64,000 nt of DNA from Escherichia phage vB_EcoS_VAH1: the sequence record MK373792.1. The stretch is one strand, 5' to 3'. The notes beneath the pieces were generated by a model. That model had not been told where the DNA came from. It was given only the letters and a program-made list of their open reading frames with translations, and searched no databases. The translations under genes and the position numbers were made by a program. This document shows, in pieces, positions 17,329 to 26,477 of the stretch (position 1 is the stretch's first letter; each line of letters begins with the position of its first letter).

Positions 17329-18136
17329 ATTAATTGTTATTAGCGGTGCAGGTTTGAGTGTTGAAAGTGGTGTACGAGCTTTTCGTACTGATACTGCTAG
17401 TGGTAAAGCATTGTGGGATGATTATGACTTAGAAGAGGTATGTAATATTCATGCCTTTCGTGGTAATTTTTATCATAAAACCCACACGTTTTACAACAAA
17501 CGTCGTGAAGAGTTAGAAACTGTTGAACCCAATCTTGCACACTTGCGTATTGGTGAATGGTATAAGAAATATCCAGGTCAAGTAGTAAACTTGACTACCA
17601 ACGTTGATGACCTTATTGAGCGTGCTGGCGTTCCACATAGTGACATTCTGCACATTCATGGGTATTTAAAAGAGGTTGTTGTAGCTGATAGCTACAATAG
17701 TAGTAATAAACGAATTATTGATGTTGGGTATAGCTCTATTGACCCAGATGATTATAAATGGGTTAAACCTAATGTAATCTTCTTCGGGGAACATGCTCCA
17801 GCATATGCAGAAATGTACAATGTTTTTGATGGTATTACCAGTCAAGATATGATCATTGTGGTTGGTTGCTCTAACCAAGTAATTAACTTCTACTGGGAAT
17901 TATTTCCTGTTCTTAATCTGACTGCTGCAAAACTTATGGTAGTTAACTACTATGATAGTGCTCTAGCGGTGGAACCAGGCTATCAAGGTATGACTCGTAG
18001 TGAGATGTACCAGCTGGAAGAACGTGGTATCCCTTACTGGAGTAAAGGTGCGATAGATGCTTTCAATGATCCTGATTTTATTGCTCGTGTAGAAGCTCAT
18101 TTAGAGGGTAGACCTTATGTGTCGGGAAATAAGTAA
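17321..18136 (+). CDS. Sir2-family (sirtuin-like) NAD-dependent protein lacking the zinc-ribbon module
   Basis: 271 aa; GAGLSVESGVRAFR (NAD-binding), TTNVDDLIERAG, catalytic HIHG, PNVIFFGE, VVGCS; no CxxC...CxxC. Confidence 0.8.
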   Translation: MRRLIVISGAGLSVESGVRAFRTDTASGKALWDDYDLEEVCNIHAFRGNFYHKTHTFYNKRREELETVEPNLAHLRIGEWYKKYPGQVVNLTTNVDDLIERAGVPHSDILHIHGYLKEVVVADSYNSSNKRIIDVGYSSIDPDDYKWVKPNVIFFGEHAPAYAEMYNVFDGITSQDMIIVVGCSNQVINFYWELFPVLNLTAAKLMVVNYYDSALAVEPGYQGMTRSEMYQLEERGIPYWSKGAIDAFNDPDFIARVEAHLEGRPYVSGNK

Positions 18137-18629
18137 TACTCCAATTATTTTTCTAGATATTGATGGGGTGCTCAATTCGAGCATCTCCCACCATCATGCG
18201 CCTGATGATGAAAAGATTTTCTTTGGAAGTGACTGGGTTTTCAAACCGCTTCTCAAGGCTTTTCAGGACTTTATTCGTCCTTCTCCAATAATGATTGTTG
18301 GGGTATCTTCATGGTTCTCTGTCAGGAATGAGATGGAGAACGTTCAGATTATGACCGGATTAGATCTTATCGATCGTTTTCTAGGTACAACGGATTTTAC
18401 TGGTGGTGGGCTATCTAGGGGTAATTCTGTTCTTCGCTTCGTTGAAAAGCATAAGCTCAAACATTGGTGTGTGCTGGATGACGCTGGTGCTATGATGTAT
18501 CAGTATCCAACGGTTATAGTCAACGGTAGAACTGGAATAAATCTTCAAGATTTAAGAGCTGTTAGCTATATGTTAGAATTTAGTCCAGATCTTGAAATGT
18601 GTAAAGCCCTACAACAATTTAAGGTATAA
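18117..18629 (+). CDS. HAD-superfamily phosphatase-like protein
   Basis: 170 aa; N-terminal FLDIDGVLN (HAD motif I, DxDG); start overlaps the Sir2 gene end. Confidence 0.55.
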   Translation: MCREISNTPIIFLDIDGVLNSSISHHHAPDDEKIFFGSDWVFKPLLKAFQDFIRPSPIMIVGVSSWFSVRNEMENVQIMTGLDLIDRFLGTTDFTGGGLSRGNSVLRFVEKHKLKHWCVLDDAGAMMYQYPTVIVNGRTGINLQDLRAVSYMLEFSPDLEMCKALQQFKV

Positions 18630-18631
18630 AT

Positions 18632-19060
18632 ATGTTCAATAATGTATTCTCTAAAGAAGCTAACCCAATATTGGTTAATTTTTGGCGTACTCTTCCAGCC
18701 AACCTGTACAATGAGGCTATTAATGCTCTGAAAATATGGTGTGAGAATAATGAAATCTCCTTTGCTTTTAAGGGTGAGATTGAAGAAGCTCCCTGTATTG
18801 GTTTAATTGTGCAGGTAGAGGATGGTCTGGAAGAGATTGTCGGCTGGAAAGAGTTGGATGAAATGGGGTTGGTTTTTGCATTAAACTATAAGCTATTTAT
18901 GCCCAATAAACACCGTATTGTTGTTAATTATAAAACCAGTGAATCTCCGGGCTTTCAAGTTAATGAACATTACGGTTGGTCTTACTCACCGGAAGAAGTA
19001 AATGATGGTATCCAGAAACTTCGTCGTTTTGGTTATCAAATTCCTGGTTTAACCGCCTAA
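18632..19060 (+). CDS. Hypothetical protein, paralog A of a tandem pair
   Basis: 142 aa; shares the motif PCIG...W.EL..MGL..ALN..LF...PGL with the next ORF. Confidence 0.6.
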   Translation: MFNNVFSKEANPILVNFWRTLPANLYNEAINALKIWCENNEISFAFKGEIEEAPCIGLIVQVEDGLEEIVGWKELDEMGLVFALNYKLFMPNKHRIVVNYKTSESPGFQVNEHYGWSYSPEEVNDGIQKLRRFGYQIPGLTA

Positions 19061-19069
19061 GGGGGCACA

Positions 19070-19462
19070 ATGGAACAAGTATATTGGCGTCAGATTGATC
19101 CTAGTTTGGTGAAGCGTGCGGAGAAGCTGCTACAACGTTGGTTGGGGGTAAGACAAGCTTCCTTCACTTTTCCGGAGCAGCAAATAGACGATCCCTGTAT
19201 TGGTGTTTTCCTATCAGGCTACGCTAGGGAATGGGAACTGGATTGGAATGAATTGTCTGCTATGGGTTTAATTGTTGCACTAAATTTCTCTTTGTTCCAT
19301 CCACGTGGTTTTGCCATATGTTGTGTGCCTGATGATGGTTGTTCGCCCCATCTTTTACAGGTGGAAGATGATATTTGGGAGTACACTCCAGATATTCTCA
19401 AAGAAGCTAAAGAACAATTAAATCGTGTTGGGATTTATGTTCCAGGCCTGAATGATGAATGA
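19070..19462 (+). CDS. Hypothetical protein, paralog B of a tandem pair
   Basis: 130 aa; AGGGGG ribosome-binding site; alignable by eye with 18632..19060. Confidence 0.6.
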   Translation: MEQVYWRQIDPSLVKRAEKLLQRWLGVRQASFTFPEQQIDDPCIGVFLSGYAREWELDWNELSAMGLIVALNFSLFHPRGFAICCVPDDGCSPHLLQVEDDIWEYTPDILKEAKEQLNRVGIYVPGLNDE

Positions 19463-19553
19463 TTTTTATTAGCTGAAGTTTGTAATCCGGGCTATTAGTG
19501 CTCGGATTATTACATAATCTTTCTAGTCGATTGACAGTCAAAATAAATTGTCG

Positions 19554-19584
19554 TTGACAATTTGGATGGATTATGTAATAATAT
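19554..19584 (+). promoter_or_regulatory. Putative promoter (TTGACA with AT-rich -10) upstream of the HNH gene
   Basis: Two TTGACA hexamers (about 19531 and 19554); the -10 is imperfect (TAATAA/TAATAT). Confidence 0.35.
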
Positions 19585-19601
19585 ATGTATTGGAGGTGAG
19601 G

Positions 19602-20054
19602 ATGTCATTCACACAGCAAGAACTTTTAGATAACTTCCGATATGAAGATGGTAAGTTATTTAGAACTACAGGAAGAAATGCAGGGAAAGAATGTTGTGTC
19701 TCTACTGGTAACGGATATTATCGTATATCTCTAGGGAATAGGACTATGCTTCGGCATAGAGCAATATTTTTAATGCATCATGGATACTTACCTGATTTAG
19801 TAGATCATGTGAATACTGTAAAAGGTGATGATCGTATTGAAAATCTTAGAGAGCAGACAGTATCCGGTAATCTAAGAAATATCAAATATAAGAAAGGAAT
19901 GCATGTTTACCCTTCTGGTAGTAATAACTGGCAAGTAGTATTTACTATTAACCGTAAACGTATAGTTAAAGGAACATATGACAACTATGAGGTTGCATGT
20001 TCTATGGCCAAGATGTTTAGAGGTCAACTATACGGTAGGGAATCAATCCAGTAA
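19602..20054 (+). CDS. HNH homing endonuclease (HNH_3/AP2-like)
   Basis: Start moved to the ATG at 19602 (GGAGGT ribosome-binding site); HNH region RHRAIFLMHHGYLPDLVDHVN. Confidence 0.8.
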   Translation: MSFTQQELLDNFRYEDGKLFRTTGRNAGKECCVSTGNGYYRISLGNRTMLRHRAIFLMHHGYLPDLVDHVNTVKGDDRIENLREQTVSGNLRNIKYKKGMHVYPSGSNNWQVVFTINRKRIVKGTYDNYEVACSMAKMFRGQLYGRESIQ

Positions 20055-20059
20055 AATTT

Positions 20060-20589
20060 CATTTGCAAGGGAGTATTATTTTATAGTATAATATTCCCAT
20101 AAATGAGAGACATTAGTAAAAATTGATTTTGCTAATTTTTCTTGTTTACAATCCGCGATACGGAACAGTTAGGCTGCCCCATTAAGGGTTGTTTTAACTG
20201 TTACGTGTTAGTTTTTAAACAAATAGTTAATAGAATACTTAGCGATCTGCGTCCCGTAGGAACCCTGGTAAGGCCTCGAAGCAACCTAGATAGAGGTGGT
20301 TGTGAAGTGAGACGGGAGGAGTGAAAAACTCCGAGACGTGATTCTGTAAGTTATATTGCATCTAGTATGAGCTAGTATATGAAGCATTAGGTGAGCAAAT
20401 CTGGCTTAGCGGCCATCCTCAAGGATTTGTGCGGTATAGCAAAGCAGCAGCGCAGCGTGAGAGTGGAAGTTGCCACCCCACTTCAGTATTTGAGATTAAT
20501 TTGTTGAGAAATTGACAGTAACAGTTGTTCTATTCTTTCTGAATAGTCCTAAAGAAAACTTATTTCATTTCCAACACAGGAGTATTGTT
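20060..20589 (+). other. ORF-free, GC-richer structured region (promoter plus long leader; candidate ncRNA, origin or intron remnant)
   Basis: About 520 bp without a credible ORF; promoter-like TTGCAA...TATAAT near 20075-20110; hairpins AACAGTTA/TAACTGTT, GGAGT-GAAAA-ACTCC, GAAGT/ACTTC; direct repeat GAGACG. Confidence 0.4.
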
Positions 20590-23379
20590 GTGTTTTCAAT
20601 CCTACAAGGTCATGCAGGATTTCATCGCGATTTAGCCACGGGCAATTGGCGAGAAGTTAAAGCAGAAGACTATCTTTTTGCTAAAAGATTTTCCTCAAAG
20701 CATCCTGAAGGTAAACCAGCTTCAATGCCCTTCAAGTTTGATGTAATTGATGAAGTTGATCCTCAAACCCTAGTAGAAATGCTTCCTCTTATGAGACGTT
20801 TAACGTCTGACCCTCATATCGTTGCGGTACGAGGTCGATGTCTTGCACCTAAAAATAATGTGCGACGTAAGAAGGGCAACTTTAATGTATCTAACCCAAG
20901 TCATATAATTGCAATGGACGTGGATGGTATTGTAGATACAGGTGGTTGTAACAAGTTTGATCTTGTTGGCATGGCTCGACACATTATTAGAATGTTAAAT
21001 AGTATTAGTGAGGATATGTTTCCTCTTGATGCAGGGTTTATCGCTCATGCATCGTCTTCGGCTGGGCTAAAACCAGGTATCCGAATGCACTTAATACTAG
21101 AATCTAATGTTAAAGTAACTCAGGGTCAAATCAAGTTCTTATTTACATCTATCAATGAAAGTAGTAGACAAAAGTATGGCTTTGATATTGCCGACTTAGC
21201 TTATTACTCTTCCGTACAGCTCCATTACTTTGCAGATCCTTTATTTATTGATGGTATAGTCGATCCGTTTAAAGCGGAGGGTGCTTCACGTCTGGTATTT
21301 GTTAAAGGCTCAAAAGTAAATTTACCTAATAATCTAGTTGACTATGAAACAACTAGAGGAGAGTTTAAAGAGGAATTCTACTCTTTACTCGATCAAATTA
21401 AAGGTAAAAAAGCTGCCTCTGATAAAGTAGAAGAAACTATCAGCGAACTAGAAGAAGCTGAGGATGGAGTGTATCTACGTATTATTCCTAAACTCTATCA
21501 CAGGGCTTTAGAGGATGGTGTTGATTTTGCATGGCTAGAAAAAGAAATCCGTCCAGCCTTATCAGAATATATTGCAACTAAAGATAATAGTCGTAATATT
21601 CAAGACTACTTTAATAACGGTCGTAAACAGGCTCTAAAAGCGTTTGTTAATAATTCTAAGCGTGAGATCCCTGAAGTATTAAAAGGTATCCCCCTTAAAA
21701 AGCTAGAAACTAATTCACTAGAGACCGACAACTTCTTGAAATTAAATACTGTACCACCAGAAGGCTATATGACTTTTGTAAAAGCAAGTCTAGGCACAGG
21801 TAAAACCACGGCGGTTGTGCGTTGGTTAGATTCAGGGGTTATTAAAGGTAATTTCTTAGCAATTACCAATACTAGAGCACTGGTATCTTCAAATGCTAAG
21901 AAATTTAGTGCAGGACAATATGATAAGTCTGTAGATATGCTTAATTTTAAGCGTGGTGCTATTGACCGTATGTCCACAACTATTCACTCTTTGCATAAAT
22001 TCAAGAGTTTTATTGGTCAAATTGATGCAATCTTTATCGATGAATGTGATGCAGTAATGAATGACCTATTATTCGCCCCGGTTGTTAAGCAACGTCGTGA
22101 ATGTATTCAGGTTCTTCGGGATATTCTTGCAACTGCAAAAATCATTATATTATCTGATGGTGATATTAGTGCAGAAACAATTGAAGCATATGGTTCTTTG
22201 ATTGAGTTTGATAAACCGGTCGCATTTTATAATCATCATCGTAAGATGTTGTCAAAAGCTCATGCTTATGAGTTCCCTGATGAATCTAGTATTTGGGTTG
22301 CACTTCAAACATCACTAGAGATGGGTGAGAAATCTATTCTAGTATCTGATTGCGGCCCAGATGAGCTGAATGAGAAAGGTATGGCATTACGTCGTAATAC
22401 GGGTGCATTAGTTAAAGAAATCCATTCAAACTCTACATCTGATGTGGATATTAGACGTATTCTGGATTACACAACTAATGAGCTAATTGATCAACAAATT
22501 GATTGCTTATTATGTAGTCCATCCGTAACGAGTGGTGTTGACTTCAACTATTTTGATAACGTATTCGTTATTACTAGAACCAGTAACCAGGCGCCGAACA
22601 TGCGTTTTCAAGCAATCAGGCGCGACCGTGGTGCTCAGAATATCTATTATTTTATTGATAAATCCACTAGTGGATTCTCCGCAGGTTCTGAGCAATATAA
22701 CATTGATGAAGGTTGGCTCGAATTAGCACAGCAGTTATATGCACGTCGTAGGGAATTAGAGTCTAGGAACTATACTAGTACCTTACGCTATTACTTGCTT
22801 GATCAGGGAGCAACTATTGATATTTTCAGTGAAAGCTGGGGAACTATTGAAGGTGCTGGTAAAGAGTACACAGAAGAGCGAATCAAAGCTATTCTGCACT
22901 CAACTCCTGATTATTGTGCTCCACGTCATGCGGATGCGTATGAAGCTAAACTACTTCTTGTTCGCTATTATCATCTTGAGTCTATTAAAGATGTAACAGT
23001 TGAGCATGTTGAACAATATATCAAAGATAAGCCGAATGATCGAGCTGCATTCTTCCATAAGATGCACGAGATGTTCTGGGAAGATATTAAGAAGTGTTCA
23101 AATGTGACCATTAAACCATTCATAGAAGCTCTGAAAGGTAAGAAGAAGGACTTCTTCCTTAAAACAGGTCAGAGTGCTAACCCAAAATATGCTAGAATGT
23201 ATCTTGGTATGATGGGTATTGGTAAAGATATGAACACGGAGAATATCGTAGACTGGTACAGAACCTATTGTAAAATCGAATGTATGCCAATTCCTTTCAA
23301 ATTTATGACAGAGGAAGAGAAGGCTATGGCAGAAGAAGCAATGTCAGAGCTAGGTGCTAGAAATGACAGTGAAGAATAA
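20590..23379 (+). CDS. Large P-loop NTPase, putative replication origin-binding or helicase-like protein
   Basis: Track ORF 20512..23379; likely start is the in-frame GTG at 20590 (GGAG 7 nt upstream); Walker A SLGTGKTT about aa 420. Confidence 0.55.
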   Translation: MFSILQGHAGFHRDLATGNWREVKAEDYLFAKRFSSKHPEGKPASMPFKFDVIDEVDPQTLVEMLPLMRRLTSDPHIVAVRGRCLAPKNNVRRKKGNFNVSNPSHIIAMDVDGIVDTGGCNKFDLVGMARHIIRMLNSISEDMFPLDAGFIAHASSSAGLKPGIRMHLILESNVKVTQGQIKFLFTSINESSRQKYGFDIADLAYYSSVQLHYFADPLFIDGIVDPFKAEGASRLVFVKGSKVNLPNNLVDYETTRGEFKEEFYSLLDQIKGKKAASDKVEETISELEEAEDGVYLRIIPKLYHRALEDGVDFAWLEKEIRPALSEYIATKDNSRNIQDYFNNGRKQALKAFVNNSKREIPEVLKGIPLKKLETNSLETDNFLKLNTVPPEGYMTFVKASLGTGKTTAVVRWLDSGVIKGNFLAITNTRALVSSNAKKFSAGQYDKSVDMLNFKRGAIDRMSTTIHSLHKFKSFIGQIDAIFIDECDAVMNDLLFAPVVKQRRECIQVLRDILATAKIIILSDGDISAETIEAYGSLIEFDKPVAFYNHHRKMLSKAHAYEFPDESSIWVALQTSLEMGEKSILVSDCGPDELNEKGMALRRNTGALVKEIHSNSTSDVDIRRILDYTTNELIDQQIDCLLCSPSVTSGVDFNYFDNVFVITRTSNQAPNMRFQAIRRDRGAQNIYYFIDKSTSGFSAGSEQYNIDEGWLELAQQLYARRRELESRNYTSTLRYYLLDQGATIDIFSESWGTIEGAGKEYTEERIKAILHSTPDYCAPRHADAYEAKLLLVRYYHLESIKDVTVEHVEQYIKDKPNDRAAFFHKMHEMFWEDIKKCSNVTIKPFIEALKGKKKDFFLKTGQSANPKYARMYLGMMGIGKDMNTENIVDWYRTYCKIECMPIPFKFMTEEEKAMAEEAMSELGARNDSEE

Positions 23380-23595
23380 AAAATGGGAAACAAGGAAGTT
23401 TCCAGTAAAAGAACGTAAAGTTCCTATTTATGATACTTCGGAAAAGCTATGTAGGGTGGTACCATCTAGATTAGCTGGCATCCCTAACATATCCGAGTGG
23501 TTACTTAAACAACGGAGGACTAGCGTATCCCTTCGCATAGGGTTTGAGTTAGATAAAGTATATGCTGAACTTTCTTCTTTGCTCAAGGAACAATA

Positions 23596-24168
23596 ATGTT
23601 TATAAGAATTCCCGAATTTCCTGACTATGCAGTGAATGAAAATGGAGAGGTGTACTCTTTTCTCTCCTACAAGTTTCTTACTCCAGGTCAAAATACTGCT
23701 GGGTACTTACAAGTTAATTTAATGAAGGACGGCACCCCTATAAATGTGAGGGTGCATAGGTTAGTAGCTTATTGTTTTGGGCTACTTCCTGGGTTAGAAT
23801 CAGAATTGGTAGTAGACCATATAAACGATGATAAGTTAGATCCTAGACTATCTAACTTGCAGGTATTAACCTACAGAGCTAATGCAATAAAATTTCATAA
23901 TAAAAATTGGAGAGAACATCCAGATTTCCTAGTAGAAATTAAGAAATTAGAAAGTATGGGCATAACTAAAGCAGCTGCATCTTATAGGCGCAGGGCTATG
24001 TTTAAATATATTGTGGCTGTTCCCTCTAGTGATACTCTAACCTTAGAATTAATAGAATCTACATATCAGAAAACCAATTCTTGGGGAAAAACTGCTAGGG
24101 CTCTAGGCTTTAACAGTGCTCCTGCTATTAGATACAGGTATAATAAGCTGAAAGCAGCTTCTTTATAA
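23596..24168 (+). CDS. HNH homing endonuclease (NUMOD4 + HNH_3)
   Basis: 190 aa; N-terminal IPEFPDYAVNENGEVYS, HNH core VHRLVAYCF...VVDHINDDKLDPRLSNLQ. Confidence 0.8.
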   Translation: MFIRIPEFPDYAVNENGEVYSFLSYKFLTPGQNTAGYLQVNLMKDGTPINVRVHRLVAYCFGLLPGLESELVVDHINDDKLDPRLSNLQVLTYRANAIKFHNKNWREHPDFLVEIKKLESMGITKAAASYRRRAMFKYIVAVPSSDTLTLELIESTYQKTNSWGKTARALGFNSAPAIRYRYNKLKAASL

Positions 24169-24174
24169 ATTTTC

Positions 24175-24203
24175 TTGCTTTACGATGAATTTTTCTGTAT
24201 AAT
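24175..24203 (+). promoter_or_regulatory. PN25-like strong early promoter
   Basis: TTGCTTTACGATGAATTTTTCTGTATAATAGATTCATAAATTTGAGAGAGGAGTT; matches the T5 N25 promoter as I recall it. Confidence 0.7.
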
Positions 24204-24234
24204 AGATTCATAAATTTGAGAGAGGAGTTTAAAT

Positions 24235-24939
24235 ATGGCTGGTTCTCGCAGAAAGAAACATATCCATGAAATCCCGGATGAAGTCTTTAAAAAAGTTATA
24301 GAGCATCTGGAGAACGGTGGTACTAAGAAAGCAGCATGTGAAATGCTCGGCGTATCATCCAACCCAACTATGGAAAGGATGATAGAAGAGTGGCAAGACC
24401 GCCAGATCCAAGTTGCCGAGATGAAGAAAAAGAAACGTGGTACACTCATTGAAGGTATTGAGTTGGCCAACGTTATTGAACAGTATCTATCTGGTGATTC
24501 TTTTGAAGAGATTGCCGATCGTAATTACCGCTCTGTAGCAATGGTTAAATCTGTTCTGGAACGCTATGGTGCTCTGCTTCGTTTGAACGATATTGTAGAT
24601 CCATTGAATCCACCAATTATTCCTGATGATGCTGTAGCAGAAGAATTTGAGGTAGGTGAGCTTGTTTGGGTTCCTGGATACCAGTGTATCGGTGAAATCA
24701 AAAAAGCAATGGATAACCCTGTTGGTTGTTACCGTGTATGGCTTCTATCAGAAGGCAAACAACAGAATGTTCATTATATGAATTATGAATTAGCTTCTGT
24801 AAAGCATTTGGAAAAGCTAGGGGTAGACGTAAAATCTCTGGGGTATAAATGGTCCCGGGAAGAAGTTATCACACTGATTAACGAAGCTGTTAAGGCCGCC
24901 TTGAAACTTGATAAAGAAAAAGGAAAACGCCGTGAGTAG
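24235..24939 (+). CDS. Putative DNA-binding regulator with two helix-turn-helix-like segments
   Basis: 234 aa directly downstream of the PN25-like promoter; helix-turn-helix-like TKKAACEMLGVSSNPTMERMI and SFEEIADRNYRSVAMVKSVLERYG. Confidence 0.55.
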   Translation: MAGSRRKKHIHEIPDEVFKKVIEHLENGGTKKAACEMLGVSSNPTMERMIEEWQDRQIQVAEMKKKKRGTLIEGIELANVIEQYLSGDSFEEIADRNYRSVAMVKSVLERYGALLRLNDIVDPLNPPIIPDDAVAEEFEVGELVWVPGYQCIGEIKKAMDNPVGCYRVWLLSEGKQQNVHYMNYELASVKHLEKLGVDVKSLGYKWSREEVITLINEAVKAALKLDKEKGKRRE

Positions 24940-25183
24940 ACTAACTGATTTACTTAAAGATGGGGAAGTAAAAACACTATATCGTAGAAGCTGGGATAAC
25001 GATAATAACGGCTTAGTGTTACTAACTTTAGATGCTGACTCAGATGTAGCTACTCAGCATACCTGGGTAGCCGGTAACTATCCATATAGCGAGGTTGTTT
25101 CATTAACAGTATGCGAAGCTATTGCAGACGATTGGGAGGTTGCCAGCATCGATGATATGCTTGCTGTTGGCCTGGTGGAGTAA
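24932..25183 (+). CDS. Hypothetical protein
   Basis: Track ORF 24908..25183; more likely start is the GTG at about 24932 with AAGGAA ribosome-binding site. Confidence 0.4.
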   Translation: MSRLTDLLKDGEVKTLYRRSWDNDNNGLVLLTLDADSDVATQHTWVAGNYPYSEVVSLTVCEAIADDWEVASIDDMLAVGLVE

Positions 25184-25200
25184 CTACTTAAAAATTTCAG

Positions 25201-25229
25201 TTGCTTAATCCTACAATTCTTGATATAAT
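25201..25229 (+). promoter_or_regulatory. Sigma70 promoter (TTGCTT-N17-TATAAT)
   Basis: Consensus hexamers upstream of the gene at 25287. Confidence 0.55.
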
Positions 25230-25286
25230 ATTCTCATAGTTTGAAAGAACTATTCTGTTTAATTCTTAATTAAGGAAATATAAAAT

Positions 25287-25697
25287 ATGACTACTCCAAC
25301 TCAGTGGACTGATGAACTATTCGAAAAAATGTCTTCCGAATACGTTGCTCGTATGGAGCAATTCCCAGAGGATGAACGTCCGAATGTTAGCATGGAAATT
25401 GTTAGCGAAATTGCCCAGGAAAATGGTGTAACTCCGAACGGTTTTCGTATGAAGCTGACTAAAGCAGGTTTGTATATCAAGAAAGCTGCTGGCTCTGCTT
25501 CTAAATCTAGCGCATCTACTGGAGAAAAAGCTTCCGGTGGTTCTCGTACCTCCAAAGCTCAAGCCCATGCCGACCTTCGTTCAGCTTTCTCTGATGCTGG
25601 CTTAGCACCAGATTTTCTGGATGATGCAATTATCGACAAACTGACCGGTAAAGCGGCTGCTCATCTGGCAGAAGCAATCCGAGCTATCACTAAGTAA
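25287..25697 (+). CDS. Hypothetical protein
   Basis: 136-aa ORF with AAGGAAA ribosome-binding site; preferred-codon usage. Confidence 0.6.
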   Translation: MTTPTQWTDELFEKMSSEYVARMEQFPEDERPNVSMEIVSEIAQENGVTPNGFRMKLTKAGLYIKKAAGSASKSSASTGEKASGGSRTSKAQAHADLRSAFSDAGLAPDFLDDAIIDKLTGKAAAHLAEAIRAITK

Positions 25698-25734
25698 TAT
25701 TTAGATAAATCCACCAACAAAAGGAACTATAGCT

Positions 25735-26031
25735 ATGACTAAAGCTGAAATTATTGCACAGTGCGAAAAATTTGGTGAGTTTTATCTTCATTACGAGAAA
25801 CTTCGTCAGAAAGGAACCACGTACCTTCAGGGTACAATGGAATTTGATCCGGCCCAAGATAAATATCTGGCTGAGCGTATTAAACGTGAACGTATTCGTA
25901 AAGCGAAAGATGATGAAATCCTTGTCTTCTCTCGTACTAATGATAGCTTCCGTTTTATTCCTGTCGAGAAAGTTCGTCGTGTGACTAGCCTCCAATCAGA
26001 GTTAGATCGTGCTTCTCCAGTAGGCCGATAA
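25735..26031 (+). CDS. Hypothetical protein
   Basis: 98-aa ORF with AAGGAA ribosome-binding site. Confidence 0.55.
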   Translation: MTKAEIIAQCEKFGEFYLHYEKLRQKGTTYLQGTMEFDPAQDKYLAERIKRERIRKAKDDEILVFSRTNDSFRFIPVEKVRRVTSLQSELDRASPVGR

Positions 26032-26041
26032 GAAAACAATT

Positions 26042-26063
26042 AGCCCCTATATGGGGCTTTTTG
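26042..26063 (+). terminator. Rho-independent terminator
   Basis: Stem AGCCCC/GGGGCT with TATAT loop, followed by TTTTT. Confidence 0.6.
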
Positions 26064-26081
26064 TGTATTTGGGATATGTAA

Positions 26082-26390
26082 ATGAGCGAACAGGTAAATC
26101 AAAACTATGAAGGACACGTTGATGACCAGTCCATCATACTTTGGGAGAAGGAGGGAGAACAAGTAAGATTAACAGTATCTGAATTTCGTGGGAATCTATA
26201 CATGGGTATTCGTTACTGGCTTCTTGATATTAATGATGAATGGTTTCCAACGAAATCTGGCTTCTCTTTTCCTTACACCCTAGAAACAACATCACAGCTT
26301 TTCTATGCGTTTACACAGATTCTTAGCGAATCTGAGGTTTTACATGAAGTACAGAAACGAGCTGAAGAACTCAAAGCCAAGAATGCCTAG
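26082..26390 (+). CDS. PC4-like ssDNA-binding protein
   Basis: 102 aa; VRLTVSEFRGNLYMGIRYWLLD...PTKSGFSF resembles the PC4/Sub1 fold. Confidence 0.65.
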   Translation: MSEQVNQNYEGHVDDQSIILWEKEGEQVRLTVSEFRGNLYMGIRYWLLDINDEWFPTKSGFSFPYTLETTSQLFYAFTQILSESEVLHEVQKRAEELKAKNA

Positions 26391-26407
26391 TTCTTGGCTT
26401 TTTCTTT
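26376..26407 (+). terminator. Rho-independent terminator overlapping the gene 3' end
   Basis: Stem GCCAAGAA/TTCTTGGC followed by TTTTTCTTT. Confidence 0.55.
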
Positions 26408-26417
26408 ATAAATGTAT

Positions 26418-26446
26418 TTGCTTTCAACTCAGTTTTGTTATATAAT
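26418..26446 (+). promoter_or_regulatory. Sigma70 promoter (TTGCTT-N17-TATAAT) for the ligase N-terminal ORF
   Basis: Consensus hexamers about 30 nt upstream of the ATG at 26478. Confidence 0.6.
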
Positions 26447-26477
26447 ATTTATATAAATTAATGAGAGATATAAATAA

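Noticed and set aside
20142-20324. 60-aa ORF within the structured non-coding region
   Set aside because: Starts at a TTG with no ribosome-binding site; more likely part of a structured RNA or leader.
23354-23596. 80-aa ORF between the large P-loop gene and the HNH gene
   Set aside because: Overlaps the upstream gene end and has no clear ribosome-binding site; kept only as a low-probability candidate.
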